Positions 1 through 7,458 of a stretch of 24,000 nt of DNA are shown one piece after another. Location: the NCBI GenBank assembly GCA_964472375.1, contig CAYYLE010000010.1, positions 2,421 through 26,420 of the forward strand, read 5' to 3'. The stretch's first letter is position 1; each line of letters opens with the position of its first letter. Below the pieces are notes generated by a model. The model saw only the letters and a list, made by a program, of their open reading frames with translations. It searched no databases and was not told the origin of the DNA. The translations under genes were made by a program, and so were the position numbers. This DNA is from an uncultured Rickettsiales bacterium (GTDB lineage Bacteria > Pseudomonadota > Alphaproteobacteria > WRAU01 > CAYYLE01).

Positions 1-663
1 ATCTGGCCTCTTCCACAAACTGGTCAGATGTGGCTAGAGTATGAAATACTAAAAAACCCTAATGTACCTGGTTATTTTTGTATTTCAACATCATACAGAG
101 AAGAAAAAAACCCAATAGAAGGACGTCATAAACAAATCTTCCCTATGTTTGAGTTTGAAACAAAAGGCGACCTTGAAGTTTTAAAAAATCTAGAAAAAGA
201 ACTAATAGCTTTCTTAGGTATCATGAAGTTAGAAGATATTAAGGATGTAAAATACTCTGAAATGGCAACCAAATATAATGTTAAAACAATAGAAGATGAA
301 CAAGAAGGTAAGCTTTGCAAAGACTATGGTGATGCTGTTTTACTAACCCACTTCCCTTTTTATACAAGCCCTTTCTGGAATATGAAAAAAGATGGCGATG
401 TTGCTAAAAAGATTGATGTTATTATACACGGTCAAGAAACTATCGGCAGTGCAGAAAGAGCAACAAGCAGAGATGAAATGAGAGAGCTTTTTCATACAAT
501 CTCAAATGGTGGCTATGCAGAACTTTTATTTAACAAGTTTGGTGAAAAAAGAGTTCTAAGAGAGCTTGATGATTACCTATCTTTTGATTTTTTTGAAAGA
601 TGTGGCGGTGGCATTGGTGTTACTAGACTAATGAGAGCTTTAGAACTTTCTAAAAAGATATAA
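1..663 (+). CDS. Class II aminoacyl-tRNA-synthetase-like catalytic core, AsnA / archaeal-type asparagine synthetase (AsnRS paralog)-like; 5' end lies outside the window
   Basis: Frame 1 is open from nt 1 (IWPLPQTGQ precedes the listed Met), so the gene is truncated at the window edge. Motif-2-like 'YFCISTSYREEKNPIEGRHKQIFPMFEFE'. AsnRS/AspRS-like 'HFPFYTSPFWNMKKDG..KKIDVIIHGQETIGSAER'. Motif-3-like 'GGGIGVTRLMRAL' resembles E. coli AsnA 'GGGIGQSRL'. No anticodon-binding domain is visible in the part present. The exact activity (Asn synthetase versus another amino-acid ligase) cannot be decided from sequence reading. Confidence 0.65.
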   Translation: MWPLPQTGQMWLEYEILKNPNVPGYFCISTSYREEKNPIEGRHKQIFPMFEFETKGDLEVLKNLEKELIAFLGIMKLEDIKDVKYSEMATKYNVKTIEDEQEGKLCKDYGDAVLLTHFPFYTSPFWNMKKDGDVAKKIDVIIHGQETIGSAERATSRDEMRELFHTISNGGYAELLFNKFGEKRVLRELDDYLSFDFFERCGGGIGVTRLMRALELSKKI

Positions 664-688
664 TTTAAGCTCTTTTTTCTTAAGGTTT

Positions 689-730
689 AAGTGTAGCAAA
701 AGCTTTAAAATTGCTACACTTTAAGCTTTT
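689..730 (+). terminator. Rho-independent terminator candidate downstream of the aaRS-like gene
   Basis: Perfect 11-bp inverted repeat aagtgtagcaa (689-699) / ttgctacactt (711-721) with an 11-nt loop, followed by taagcTTTTTgagaTTTTT. It starts 26 nt after the stop codon. Confidence 0.55.
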
Positions 731-765
731 TGAGATTTTTGAATAATAAATACTAGGTATAAAAA

Positions 766-1395
766 TTGTCTTTAATACTTTCTTTAGATACAAAAAACAA
801 AGAACTTGCCAAGCAAATAATACAAGATACAGTAAAACATGTAGATTGTATTAAAGTTGGGCATATTCTAAGCCCTTATCTATCATACAATGATATAAAT
901 AAAGAACTTTGCAATAAAGATATCTTCTTAGATTTTAAATTATTTGATATACCAAACACAGTTTTTGAAGGCATAAAATCTTATGAAGAAAAAATCAAAA
1001 ACCTTAAATATATTACAATACACGGCACAGCAGAAGATGAAATGATACTAAAATCATTAGAGGCCACTAAAAAAACTACAATCCTTTCTGTAATATCTTT
1101 AACAAGTAGCACTTTAGATAAAAGCTTATTTTTAAAGCACGCTGAAAGAAATATAAAACTAGGTATTAAAGGCTTTATTTGCCCTGTTAGTATGTTGCAA
1201 GATATGCGAAAACACTTTGGTGAAAATATAGAGTTAATCTCACCTGGGATAAGAAACCAAAGCGATAACAACGACCATAAGGAGTTTGCAAGCTCAAGCT
1301 TTGCATATTCTCAAGGTGCTAGCCATATAGTTGTGGGGCGACCTATAATAAATGCAAAAGACCCGAAAACCGAAGTTTTAAAATATTTAAAATAA
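766..1395 (+). CDS. pyrF: Orotidine-5'-phosphate decarboxylase
   Basis: OMPDC signatures: N-terminal 'LILSLD', 'IKVGHIL', 'FLDFKLFDIPNTV' (D-x-K-x-x-D-I-P-N-T) and C-terminal 'HIVVGRPI'. The track start is TTG at 766. At 209 aa it is slightly short for the family. Confidence 0.85.
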   Translation: MSLILSLDTKNKELAKQIIQDTVKHVDCIKVGHILSPYLSYNDINKELCNKDIFLDFKLFDIPNTVFEGIKSYEEKIKNLKYITIHGTAEDEMILKSLEATKKTTILSVISLTSSTLDKSLFLKHAERNIKLGIKGFICPVSMLQDMRKHFGENIELISPGIRNQSDNNDHKEFASSSFAYSQGASHIVVGRPIINAKDPKTEVLKYLK

Positions 1396-1406
1396 AAAAT
1401 AGTGAG

Positions 1407-1817
1407 TTGGCGAAAATGGAAGATAATTTATTTATTAAAAAAAGATTTAAAATGAAATCAGGCGGAATGTCAGATTTTAAAATAGAATGCGATGCACTAA
1501 AAGAAGAAGACTACGATACTATTGCCTTTTTAATCTCACGAAAAGTTAAATACAAAAAAGCCTATGGTGTTCCTAGAGGTGGGCTTGTTTTTGCTGAAAA
1601 ACTAAACAAATATGCAAGCAATGAGTCTGACCTTATACTAATAGCAGAAGATGTTGTTACAACAGGTAAATCTATGGAAGATTTTAAAGAAAAACTAATG
1701 CAAGAAAATAGCTCTTATAAAAATATATTAGGTATTACGGCTTTTAGTCGTGGCCCTTTACCTATGTGGATAAAAAGCGTAATGCACTTAGATAGTTTAT
1801 TTTGGCAAAACGATTAA
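1407..1817 (+). CDS. Minimal type I phosphoribosyltransferase-fold protein (PyrE-like by context only)
   Basis: PRPP-binding motif 'LILIAEDVVTTGKS', N-terminal 'FKMKSGGMSDF' (compare PyrE 'F.LKSG..SPYF') and 'GVPRGGLVFAEKL'. It is only 136 aa, and the segment that normally carries the flexible catalytic loop (PyrE 'RKE.K.HG') is absent. The start may be TTG 1407 or ATG 1416. Confidence 0.6.
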   Translation: MAKMEDNLFIKKRFKMKSGGMSDFKIECDALKEEDYDTIAFLISRKVKYKKAYGVPRGGLVFAEKLNKYASNESDLILIAEDVVTTGKSMEDFKEKLMQENSSYKNILGITAFSRGPLPMWIKSVMHLDSLFWQND

Positions 1818-2569
1818 TTAAAAAGATTTATAAAATGGAAAATATTTCAAAAATAATTTTATCCCCTCCTGTTGGCAGTAGGCTTTTTGTTAAAAATGTA
1901 TCTTCTGTACTTGGCTCTTACACCTTGCACAAAAGAAAAGGACTTTTTTTACAAATTGTCAAAACCATAAGGTTAACCAAAAAAGGCTGGGTTAATAAAA
2001 TAGGGCTAAGAAACAAAGGAGTTGAAAACATAAAAGTAAGAAGAAAAATAGATATTATATCTATATCTTCTTTGCAAGAAAATGATTTTGAAAATATATT
2101 AGAAATATTACTAAAACATAAAGCAAACAAAACTATAAAAACCAACACCATAGAAATAAACATTAGTTGCCCTAATGAAAATGTTTTTAATATAAAAGAA
2201 GATGTTTTACAAAAATACTTGCAAAACTTTCAGATTATTGTAAAAACATCACCCTGTATTAAAGAAAATACCTACGCTAAACTTATAAAACTTGGTGTTA
2301 AAAACTTCCATATAAGCAATACTTTACCATCTGAAAGAGGTGGTCTTTCTGGTAAAATCCTTAAACCTATGAACATAGAAACCATAAAAACACTAAGAAG
2401 AAAATACAAAGAAAGCATTTATATTATAGCAGGCGGTGGCATATATAGCTATAAAGACCTTTTAGATTATAAAAATGCTGGTGCTGATAGTTTTTCTTTA
2501 TCTACTTTGTTTTTCAACCCTTTTAAAACCTTGTTTTTTTTAATAAGTTGCTATAAAAATGGTGTTTAA
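1802..2569 (+). CDS. pyrD: Dihydroorotate dehydrogenase-like flavoprotein (class 1-like TIM barrel)
   Basis: 'VNKIGLRNKGVENI' (N.xGL.N.G), 'IEINISCPN', 'ISNTLP', 'GGLSGKILKP' and 'IIAGGGIYSYKDLLDYKNAGAD' match the DHOD motif order. The track start (TTG 1802) overlaps the upstream gene by 16 nt; ATG at 1835 (MENISK...) is a plausible alternative. It is short (244-255 aa) for the family. Confidence 0.7.
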   Translation: MAKRLIKKIYKMENISKIILSPPVGSRLFVKNVSSVLGSYTLHKRKGLFLQIVKTIRLTKKGWVNKIGLRNKGVENIKVRRKIDIISISSLQENDFENILEILLKHKANKTIKTNTIEINISCPNENVFNIKEDVLQKYLQNFQIIVKTSPCIKENTYAKLIKLGVKNFHISNTLPSERGGLSGKILKPMNIETIKTLRRKYKESIYIIAGGGIYSYKDLLDYKNAGADSFSLSTLFFNPFKTLFFLISCYKNGV

Positions 2570-2678
2570 ATAGTATTAAAAGTAAAAAACACATCAAGAA
2601 AAACTTAAAAAAATTATAATGCAAAACATTGCAGAAGATAAAATATTTATAGGTATCTAATTTTTAAATCTATTTAAA

Positions 2679-2705
2679 AAAACAACCCCTGTTGTTTTAC
2701 TTTTT
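2679..2705. terminator. Weak AT-rich hairpin, possible (bidirectional) terminator
   Basis: aaaacaac (2679-2686) / gttgtttt (2691-2698) with loop ccct. It is followed by acTTTTT on the + strand and preceded by an A-run, which gives a T-run on the - strand. Only two G:C pairs, so it is weak. Confidence 0.3.
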
Positions 2706-3038
2706 AACAAAATGTTTTTATTTATTGGTTTGCTTTAAAGTCTGTTTATTTTATAAATCTTTTTAAAAAGATAAAGTACTTAAACCTTTACGCCCACAAC
2801 AGACAGCTACTAAAACACCAATCATAATAAAATATCAGTGAAATAAATAGCCTACTATGTAAGTATTTACCCTTATGCAGAATCCACAAAATTAAAGACT
2901 TTTGGTATTTTTGGCTAGGCGTGTGTTCTAGGTGTTGTATAGCACATCAACCAAAGGTGCTATCTAGCTTGTAAAAAACAACCAACAAAAACAAAAACAA
3001 ACTATGTTTTAAAATACACTTTATTTATTAAGTCCTTC

Positions 3039-4268
3039 TTAAGGTATCTTACTTAAAAAAGAAGTTCCATGATTAATTCCATCTTTAAGATTGAAATAAT
3101 CAGCTACAGTTTTAGCAACATCAGCAAGAGTTTGCCTTTCACCAATTGTTGATGCATTTTTTTGCTTGTTTTGTTTTGTAAAAACTAAAAGCGGAACTTT
3201 CTCTCGTGTATGTTGGCTATGACCAATTAAAGGGTCGTTGCCATGGTCGGCCATTATAAGTAAAACATCTTCTTTTTGCATATTATCTATTATCTGCTTT
3301 ATGCCATTGTCTGCTTTTTGTAGTATATTGTAGTACTCTAGTGCATCTTCTTTATGCCCTGCTAAGTCGGTTTCTTGTACATTTAAGCAAATAAAAGCTT
3401 TTTTGTTTTCAAGGCTTTGTAAAGACTTTATAGTATTTTCAAAAACCTTTAAGGTATCAACAGCCGGAACGCTTAAACCACTTGGGTTATATACAATATC
3501 AGCCACTTTACCAATTAAATGCACATCAATATTATTCTTACTTAAGCAATAAGGTAGTTGCTTTTTGTAATCAACACCATAACCTAAATGCACAACATTG
3601 TAACCATTGTTGTAAATACCACTTTTAGGCGTATTTATACCAAAGCTACCTTGTTTATATTCTCTTGCATCTAAAACATCATTAATTGTTACCTTAGTGC
3701 CACCAAAACATATAACACGAGTAACTTCTGTTACACTTCTAACTTTTTTGCCAATTTCTAACACTTTGTTAAAGTCTATATAATCTAAACATGCACTAAC
3801 ATTATAAGCAAGACCCTTTTGTGCCTCAATATTGTCAGCTATTGTTAATGCATTTTCTACCACAAGCAAGCTTTTTCCAAAGTCTTGGAATCTTTCTACT
3901 TTATAGCCTTCTTTTAACAAAGTATTTTCAACAGTATCTATATCTTGGTCAAATGTTTTATAGCTAGGCTTAAAAGGTGTAGAGCCCATAATTTCCTGAT
4001 GACCTTGAAAAGTATCTGCACCATAGTGCATAAGGTTAGATTGCCCATAAATACAAGATTGTGATTTTTTCATAAAATCAGTTTCAAAGCCTGCTGAGTT
4101 CATAAGCCCTAGACTTTCAAGCGTTTTTAGTTTAAAACTTGGCACTTTTTTTATTATACTTTTTATAGTATTTGAGCCTACATCTTCTTGCTTTGTTATT
4201 TTAGTATCTTCCATGTAACCTATGCCAAATCCATCTAAAACAACAACTATAAACCTACTTTTATTCAT
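3039..4268 (-). CDS. yhfW: YhfW-like phosphopentomutase-family metalloenzyme (alkaline-phosphatase superfamily)
   Basis: 409 aa (E. coli YhfW is about 408 aa). 'FIVVVLDGFGIGYMED', 'GADTFQGHQEIMG', 'VVHLGYGVD', 'GKVADIVYNPSG', 'AFICLNVQETDLAGHKED' and 'MADHGNDPLIGHSQHTREKVPLLV' are collinear with E. coli YhfW as I remember it, and with DeoB-type metal and phosphoryl-transfer motifs. It is the last gene of the operon. Confidence 0.85.
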   Translation of the reverse strand: MNKSRFIVVVLDGFGIGYMEDTKITKQEDVGSNTIKSIIKKVPSFKLKTLESLGLMNSAGFETDFMKKSQSCIYGQSNLMHYGADTFQGHQEIMGSTPFKPSYKTFDQDIDTVENTLLKEGYKVERFQDFGKSLLVVENALTIADNIEAQKGLAYNVSACLDYIDFNKVLEIGKKVRSVTEVTRVICFGGTKVTINDVLDAREYKQGSFGINTPKSGIYNNGYNVVHLGYGVDYKKQLPYCLSKNNIDVHLIGKVADIVYNPSGLSVPAVDTLKVFENTIKSLQSLENKKAFICLNVQETDLAGHKEDALEYYNILQKADNGIKQIIDNMQKEDVLLIMADHGNDPLIGHSQHTREKVPLLVFTKQNKQKNASTIGERQTLADVAKTVADYFNLKDGINHGTSFLSKIP

Positions 4269-4295
4269 AATAAAAAAACACTTTTTTAAAAGATT

Positions 4296-5450
4296 TTATT
4301 TTATTCTTTCGCCTAAAGCAGTATAAACCGCTTTTACAATTGGCTTGCCTGTGCTTATTTTATCTACAAGCACAACCTTAGCCCTTGTAGTAAATATTTG
4401 AGTTCTAAAGCAAGCTATTACAGGAGTTTCTATTTTTAGTTTAGATTTTAACCCAATGTGATAATCAATACTTTCACTATCTTGCTTGCAAACTTTGTGG
4501 GTTTTGTAATCACTTGTCAAAACATTTGCAAGATGCGACCTTCTATAATAACCACCGCCATAAATACAGCTTTTGTCTTTTAAACTATGAGAAACTGAAG
4601 AGTAATAAAGCAAAGATTGTTTTTCTTCTTGCTTGTTATTTTCCAATGCATGCAAAGGTGTTGTACCTGTTGCCCCGTTGCCAACTTCGGCATAGTTGCC
4701 ACCTTGTTTTTTCACAAGGTTTATAGTGCTTTTACATGCAACTGAAGGTAAGTTTATTTGGTTAACATTAACATCGTGTGCTTTTAAAATAGCATTTGCT
4801 TTATGTATAGTTTTAATGTTATTTGTCACTGCAACACTATTATTTTCTCTATCAAACAAAAAACAAGGAAAAGAAGTAATCCCATTTATTTTTACATATT
4901 CTAGCTTTTTAACTTCTTTTACAAAATTTTCAAATAAATCAAGCTCTACCCCGCTTTCTTGCTGTGGGTATATAGTATCTTTTGTTGCATCTAAGGGTTT
5001 TAACATTATATCTTGCACAATACCTAGCTTTTTAGCGGTTTCGTTAATTGCTTGGGCTTTTTCTAACGAATATACTGTAATAATACCAACGCCTTTTTGC
5101 ATAAAGCCTTCAAGCATTTTATTAGGGCATTGCACTAAATGACCCAAGTGAGCTATTTTTACATCATTTTTATGCATAACTTGGGCTTCTACAAAGTCTA
5201 CTGGCATAATACCTTTAAAGCCAAACTCTACTGCTTTTTGGGCTAAAAATGGGTTAAATCCTATATGTTTTGGCACAAAAAATAAATTAACACCATGTTT
5301 TTCTGCTTCTTTTACAATGCTTTGCATATTTTTGTATGTTGTTTCTAAATCAATAACATACGAATTAGGCTCAATTAAATTTTGTTTAGCTAGATAAAAA
5401 GTAGCATCTATAAAACTTTTATTACTTTTAACAAGGTTATTTAAAAACAT
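4296..5450 (-). CDS. yhfX: YhfX-like PLP-binding-barrel protein (alanine racemase N-terminal domain family)
   Basis: 384 aa. 'NLFFVPKHIGFNP' is a candidate PLP-lysine context. 'HLGHLVQCP', 'ITVYSLEKA', 'SFPCFLFD', 'CIYGGGYYRRSH', 'SIDYH' and 'CFRTQIFTTR' match remembered E. coli YhfX blocks. Its start codon lies 2 nt after the yhfS stop. Confidence 0.8.
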   Translation of the reverse strand: MFLNNLVKSNKSFIDATFYLAKQNLIEPNSYVIDLETTYKNMQSIVKEAEKHGVNLFFVPKHIGFNPFLAQKAVEFGFKGIMPVDFVEAQVMHKNDVKIAHLGHLVQCPNKMLEGFMQKGVGIITVYSLEKAQAINETAKKLGIVQDIMLKPLDATKDTIYPQQESGVELDLFENFVKEVKKLEYVKINGITSFPCFLFDRENNSVAVTNNIKTIHKANAILKAHDVNVNQINLPSVACKSTINLVKKQGGNYAEVGNGATGTTPLHALENNKQEEKQSLLYYSSVSHSLKDKSCIYGGGYYRRSHLANVLTSDYKTHKVCKQDSESIDYHIGLKSKLKIETPVIACFRTQIFTTRAKVVLVDKISTGKPIVKAVYTALGERIK

Positions 5451-5452
5451 GT

Positions 5453-6547
5453 TTAGCTTATATAATCCATAGTTTTATTTAAAATATTTACAACAGTAAA
5501 GGCACTTGCCCGCATTGGGTTAACCCTTATAAAATAATCTTTCATTTTTGGGTTATCTTTTTGAAAAGTCCCTGAAACATTATAAACCATAGGGGCAATT
5601 TCATATTTTGACTCTGCACCAACAGGGTAAGAAACCGCCCCAAACAATACAGCATTTTCAACCACTTTGCTAGCAATAGGGCTTTCAAGCTCTATTATTG
5701 CAACTTTTGACTGTGCATTTGCTACAAAAGCTTTTTTTAAGCCTTTGATTTTTGTGCTGTTTATAGTATTTACAAGGTTTTCAACCTCTTTTGCCTGTAT
5801 TGCAAGGGCAACAGGTGCATACACAAGCCCTCTTAGGCATTCTAACGCCTCATGCCCTTGTACTTTACTACCACCTGAATAATTAGCTTTACTTATAAAA
5901 TCATAAAGTTCTTTTTTACAAACAATACAGCCAATGCCTTCTTTACCAAGCAATTTAAATAAAGAAAAACAAGAAACATCAGCCCCTAGCTCTACTCCTA
6001 TTTTTTCAACTTTCATAACTGCATAGTTATCGTCTGTTATTATGTTTATATCTTTAAAATTTTCTTTAATGTGTTTTATAAAGTCTTTAGCACTGTAATA
6101 ATCAGTAATTTTTTGCCTTGTTATTTGCAATAAAACAGTTTTTATATTATTTTCTTCAATGGTTTTACAAACACTTGCAAGGTTATGAAAATCTGCCTCA
6201 AAAATATTTGCCTGTAAATCTTGTAAGCTAGAAAGCGTTGTAGGGTAAACAGGTGCATTGTGTACTAAAATATTTTTATTTTCTTGCAAATAATACCTTA
6301 AAGCATAGTATATTGCCCCAGTGCCTGCATTACGCACAAGCTTTGCATGAGGAAAATTAAAAAAATCAGCTATTGTGTTTTCTGTTAGGCTTGTGTGTTT
6401 TGGCTGTAGCCCATCTTTAAAAATTCCAACTTGCCCAAGCTCTAAAATCTCATTATTTTTAAAATTTTTAGTTATTTTATCAACAAGTTGAAACTGTTTT
6501 TCTTGTGCTTGCTCTAAGGTTATTGATTTAAGAACATAACTTTCCAT
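5453..6547 (-). CDS. yhfS: YhfS-like PLP-dependent (fold type I, aminotransferase/SelA-like) enzyme
   Basis: 364 aa. 'NAGTGAIYYAL', 'VHNAPVYPTT', 'TDDNYAVMKV', 'FSLFKLLGKEGIG' (candidate PLP Lys), 'YSGGSKVQGHEALECLRGLVYAPV', 'ANAQSKV', 'YPVGAESKYEIAP' and 'RVNPMR' are collinear with remembered E. coli YhfS. Confidence 0.8.
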   Translation of the reverse strand: MESYVLKSITLEQAQEKQFQLVDKITKNFKNNEILELGQVGIFKDGLQPKHTSLTENTIADFFNFPHAKLVRNAGTGAIYYALRYYLQENKNILVHNAPVYPTTLSSLQDLQANIFEADFHNLASVCKTIEENNIKTVLLQITRQKITDYYSAKDFIKHIKENFKDINIITDDNYAVMKVEKIGVELGADVSCFSLFKLLGKEGIGCIVCKKELYDFISKANYSGGSKVQGHEALECLRGLVYAPVALAIQAKEVENLVNTINSTKIKGLKKAFVANAQSKVAIIELESPIASKVVENAVLFGAVSYPVGAESKYEIAPMVYNVSGTFQKDNPKMKDYFIRVNPMRASAFTVVNILNKTMDYIS

Positions 6548-6564
6548 CTTTTTTTTAAACCTTT

Positions 6565-7437
6565 TTACAAATTAAAAATTCTTTTAGGATTTGTAACTAG
6601 TGTTTTGTGTAAGGTTTGCTCTAAAACACCATGTTTTAATGCATTTTTTACAAAGTTATCTAACAAATAGTTATAACCAATTCCACCTTTATCTTTTAAA
6701 TGGCTATTGTAGGTCAAGTCAACCGACATTGTGATTTGGTTGGCAAAGCCTTGTTTTTCAACTTCTTTTAAAAGCTCTATTCTATTTTCATCAAGGTTGT
6801 ATTTGGTTTTTCCTATGGTATCAAAGGCAATATTTACCCCTGTTTTTAAAATATCTATAACATAATTAGCATCTTTAGATAAATCCATATGCGATATTAC
6901 AACAGTTTCAAGGTTAACTTTTTCTTGCTTAAATAGCTCAACCTGCTCTTTAGCAAGTGTAGCAAGTGTTGTGTGGGTTACAATAGGTATATTAAGCTTT
7001 TTAGCGACATATGAAGATGCTTTAAATAGCTTAATTTCAATATCGCTTAAAAAATCTCTTTTATCTGTTCCTATTTCACCTATCACCCTTGCTTTAATAT
7101 TTGTGCCATCAATGCCTTGTGTTATTTCTTTTTCTATAAAATCAGCTATTTGTTCTTTGGTAAAAATATAGGCTTCTTCTGGTAAGTAGGGCTCTTTATA
7201 ATACCCTGTTGATTGCAAAATATTTATACCTGTTTTTTCAGATATTTCTTGCACTTTTAAAGGGTTTCTGCCCATTCCTTTTGCTGTAACATCAACAATA
7301 TAGTCAACACCTTTTTGCTTTAACTCTTTAAGCTCTTTTATTGTTTGGCTTGTATTGTCTATAAACCTATCTTGTTTATCTTCTGTGCGTAAATCTAAAA
7401 CCATATGCTCGTGTGCATAAACCATATGTTTAAACAT
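6565..7437 (-). CDS. php: Phosphotriesterase homology protein (amidohydrolase superfamily, binuclear metal centre)
   Basis: 290 aa (E. coli Php is 292 aa). 'YAHEHMVLDL' (HxH), 'GMGRNP', 'TGINILQSTGYY', 'QGIDGTNIKARVIGEIGT' (Glu at the bridging-ligand position), 'VTHT', 'ISHMDL', 'AFDTIGK', 'MSVDL' and 'SHLKDKGGIGYNYLL' give a near block-for-block match to E. coli Php. Confidence 0.9.
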   Translation of the reverse strand: MFKHMVYAHEHMVLDLRTEDKQDRFIDNTSQTIKELKELKQKGVDYIVDVTAKGMGRNPLKVQEISEKTGINILQSTGYYKEPYLPEEAYIFTKEQIADFIEKEITQGIDGTNIKARVIGEIGTDKRDFLSDIEIKLFKASSYVAKKLNIPIVTHTTLATLAKEQVELFKQEKVNLETVVISHMDLSKDANYVIDILKTGVNIAFDTIGKTKYNLDENRIELLKEVEKQGFANQITMSVDLTYNSHLKDKGGIGYNYLLDNFVKNALKHGVLEQTLHKTLVTNPKRIFNL

Positions 7438-7458
7438 AACAAAACCTTTTTAAAAAAA

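Noticed and set aside
1-2569. Idea that the synthetase-like / OMP decarboxylase / PRTase / DHOD-like cluster is a nucleotide-depleting anti-phage defence island
   Set aside because: - No nuclease, NTPase/STAND, TIR, Sir2, toxin-like or sensor domains are present, and no mobile-element context is seen.
- All three pyr-family proteins keep biosynthetic catalytic motifs.
- A housekeeping or specialised-metabolism explanation is more parsimonious.
2763-2825. 20-codon minus-strand ORF 'MIGVLVAVCCGRKGLSTLSF' covering the GC-richer patch in the long intergenic gap (possible small hydrophobic peptide / type I toxin-like)
   Set aside because: - No Shine-Dalgarno-like sequence is visible upstream, and no partner antisense RNA features are evident.
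- The length is well within chance expectation.
- It is kept only as a note under the intergenic-region finding.
2973-3002. CAAAAA/CAACC-type low-complexity tract (aaaaaacaaccaacaaaaacaaaaacaaac) that looked like a tandem repeat
   Set aside because: The unit is irregular with only 2-3 imperfect copies and no spacer-repeat organisation. It is not a CRISPR array or a defined microsatellite, and is ordinary A-rich intergenic sequence.
4514-5142. Plus-strand ORFs (4514-4726, 4696-5142) and similar antisense ORFs listed in the track (126-320, 981-1271, 1918-2163, 5667-5882, 6971-7171, 7626-7877, 8468-8983, 9304-9510, 9773-9958, 11319-11504, 12905-13087, 14269-14511, 15695-15949, 16355-16706, 16722-16922, 17239-17517, 18273-18533, 19335-19631, 22274-22468, 23320-23739)
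   Set aside because: - All lie entirely inside, and antisense or out of frame to, ORFs with strong family signatures.
- Their translations are low-complexity (Phe/Leu/Ile/Ser/Lys rich) with no motifs.
- They are shadow ORFs expected in AT-rich DNA where stop codons are depleted opposite coding frames.
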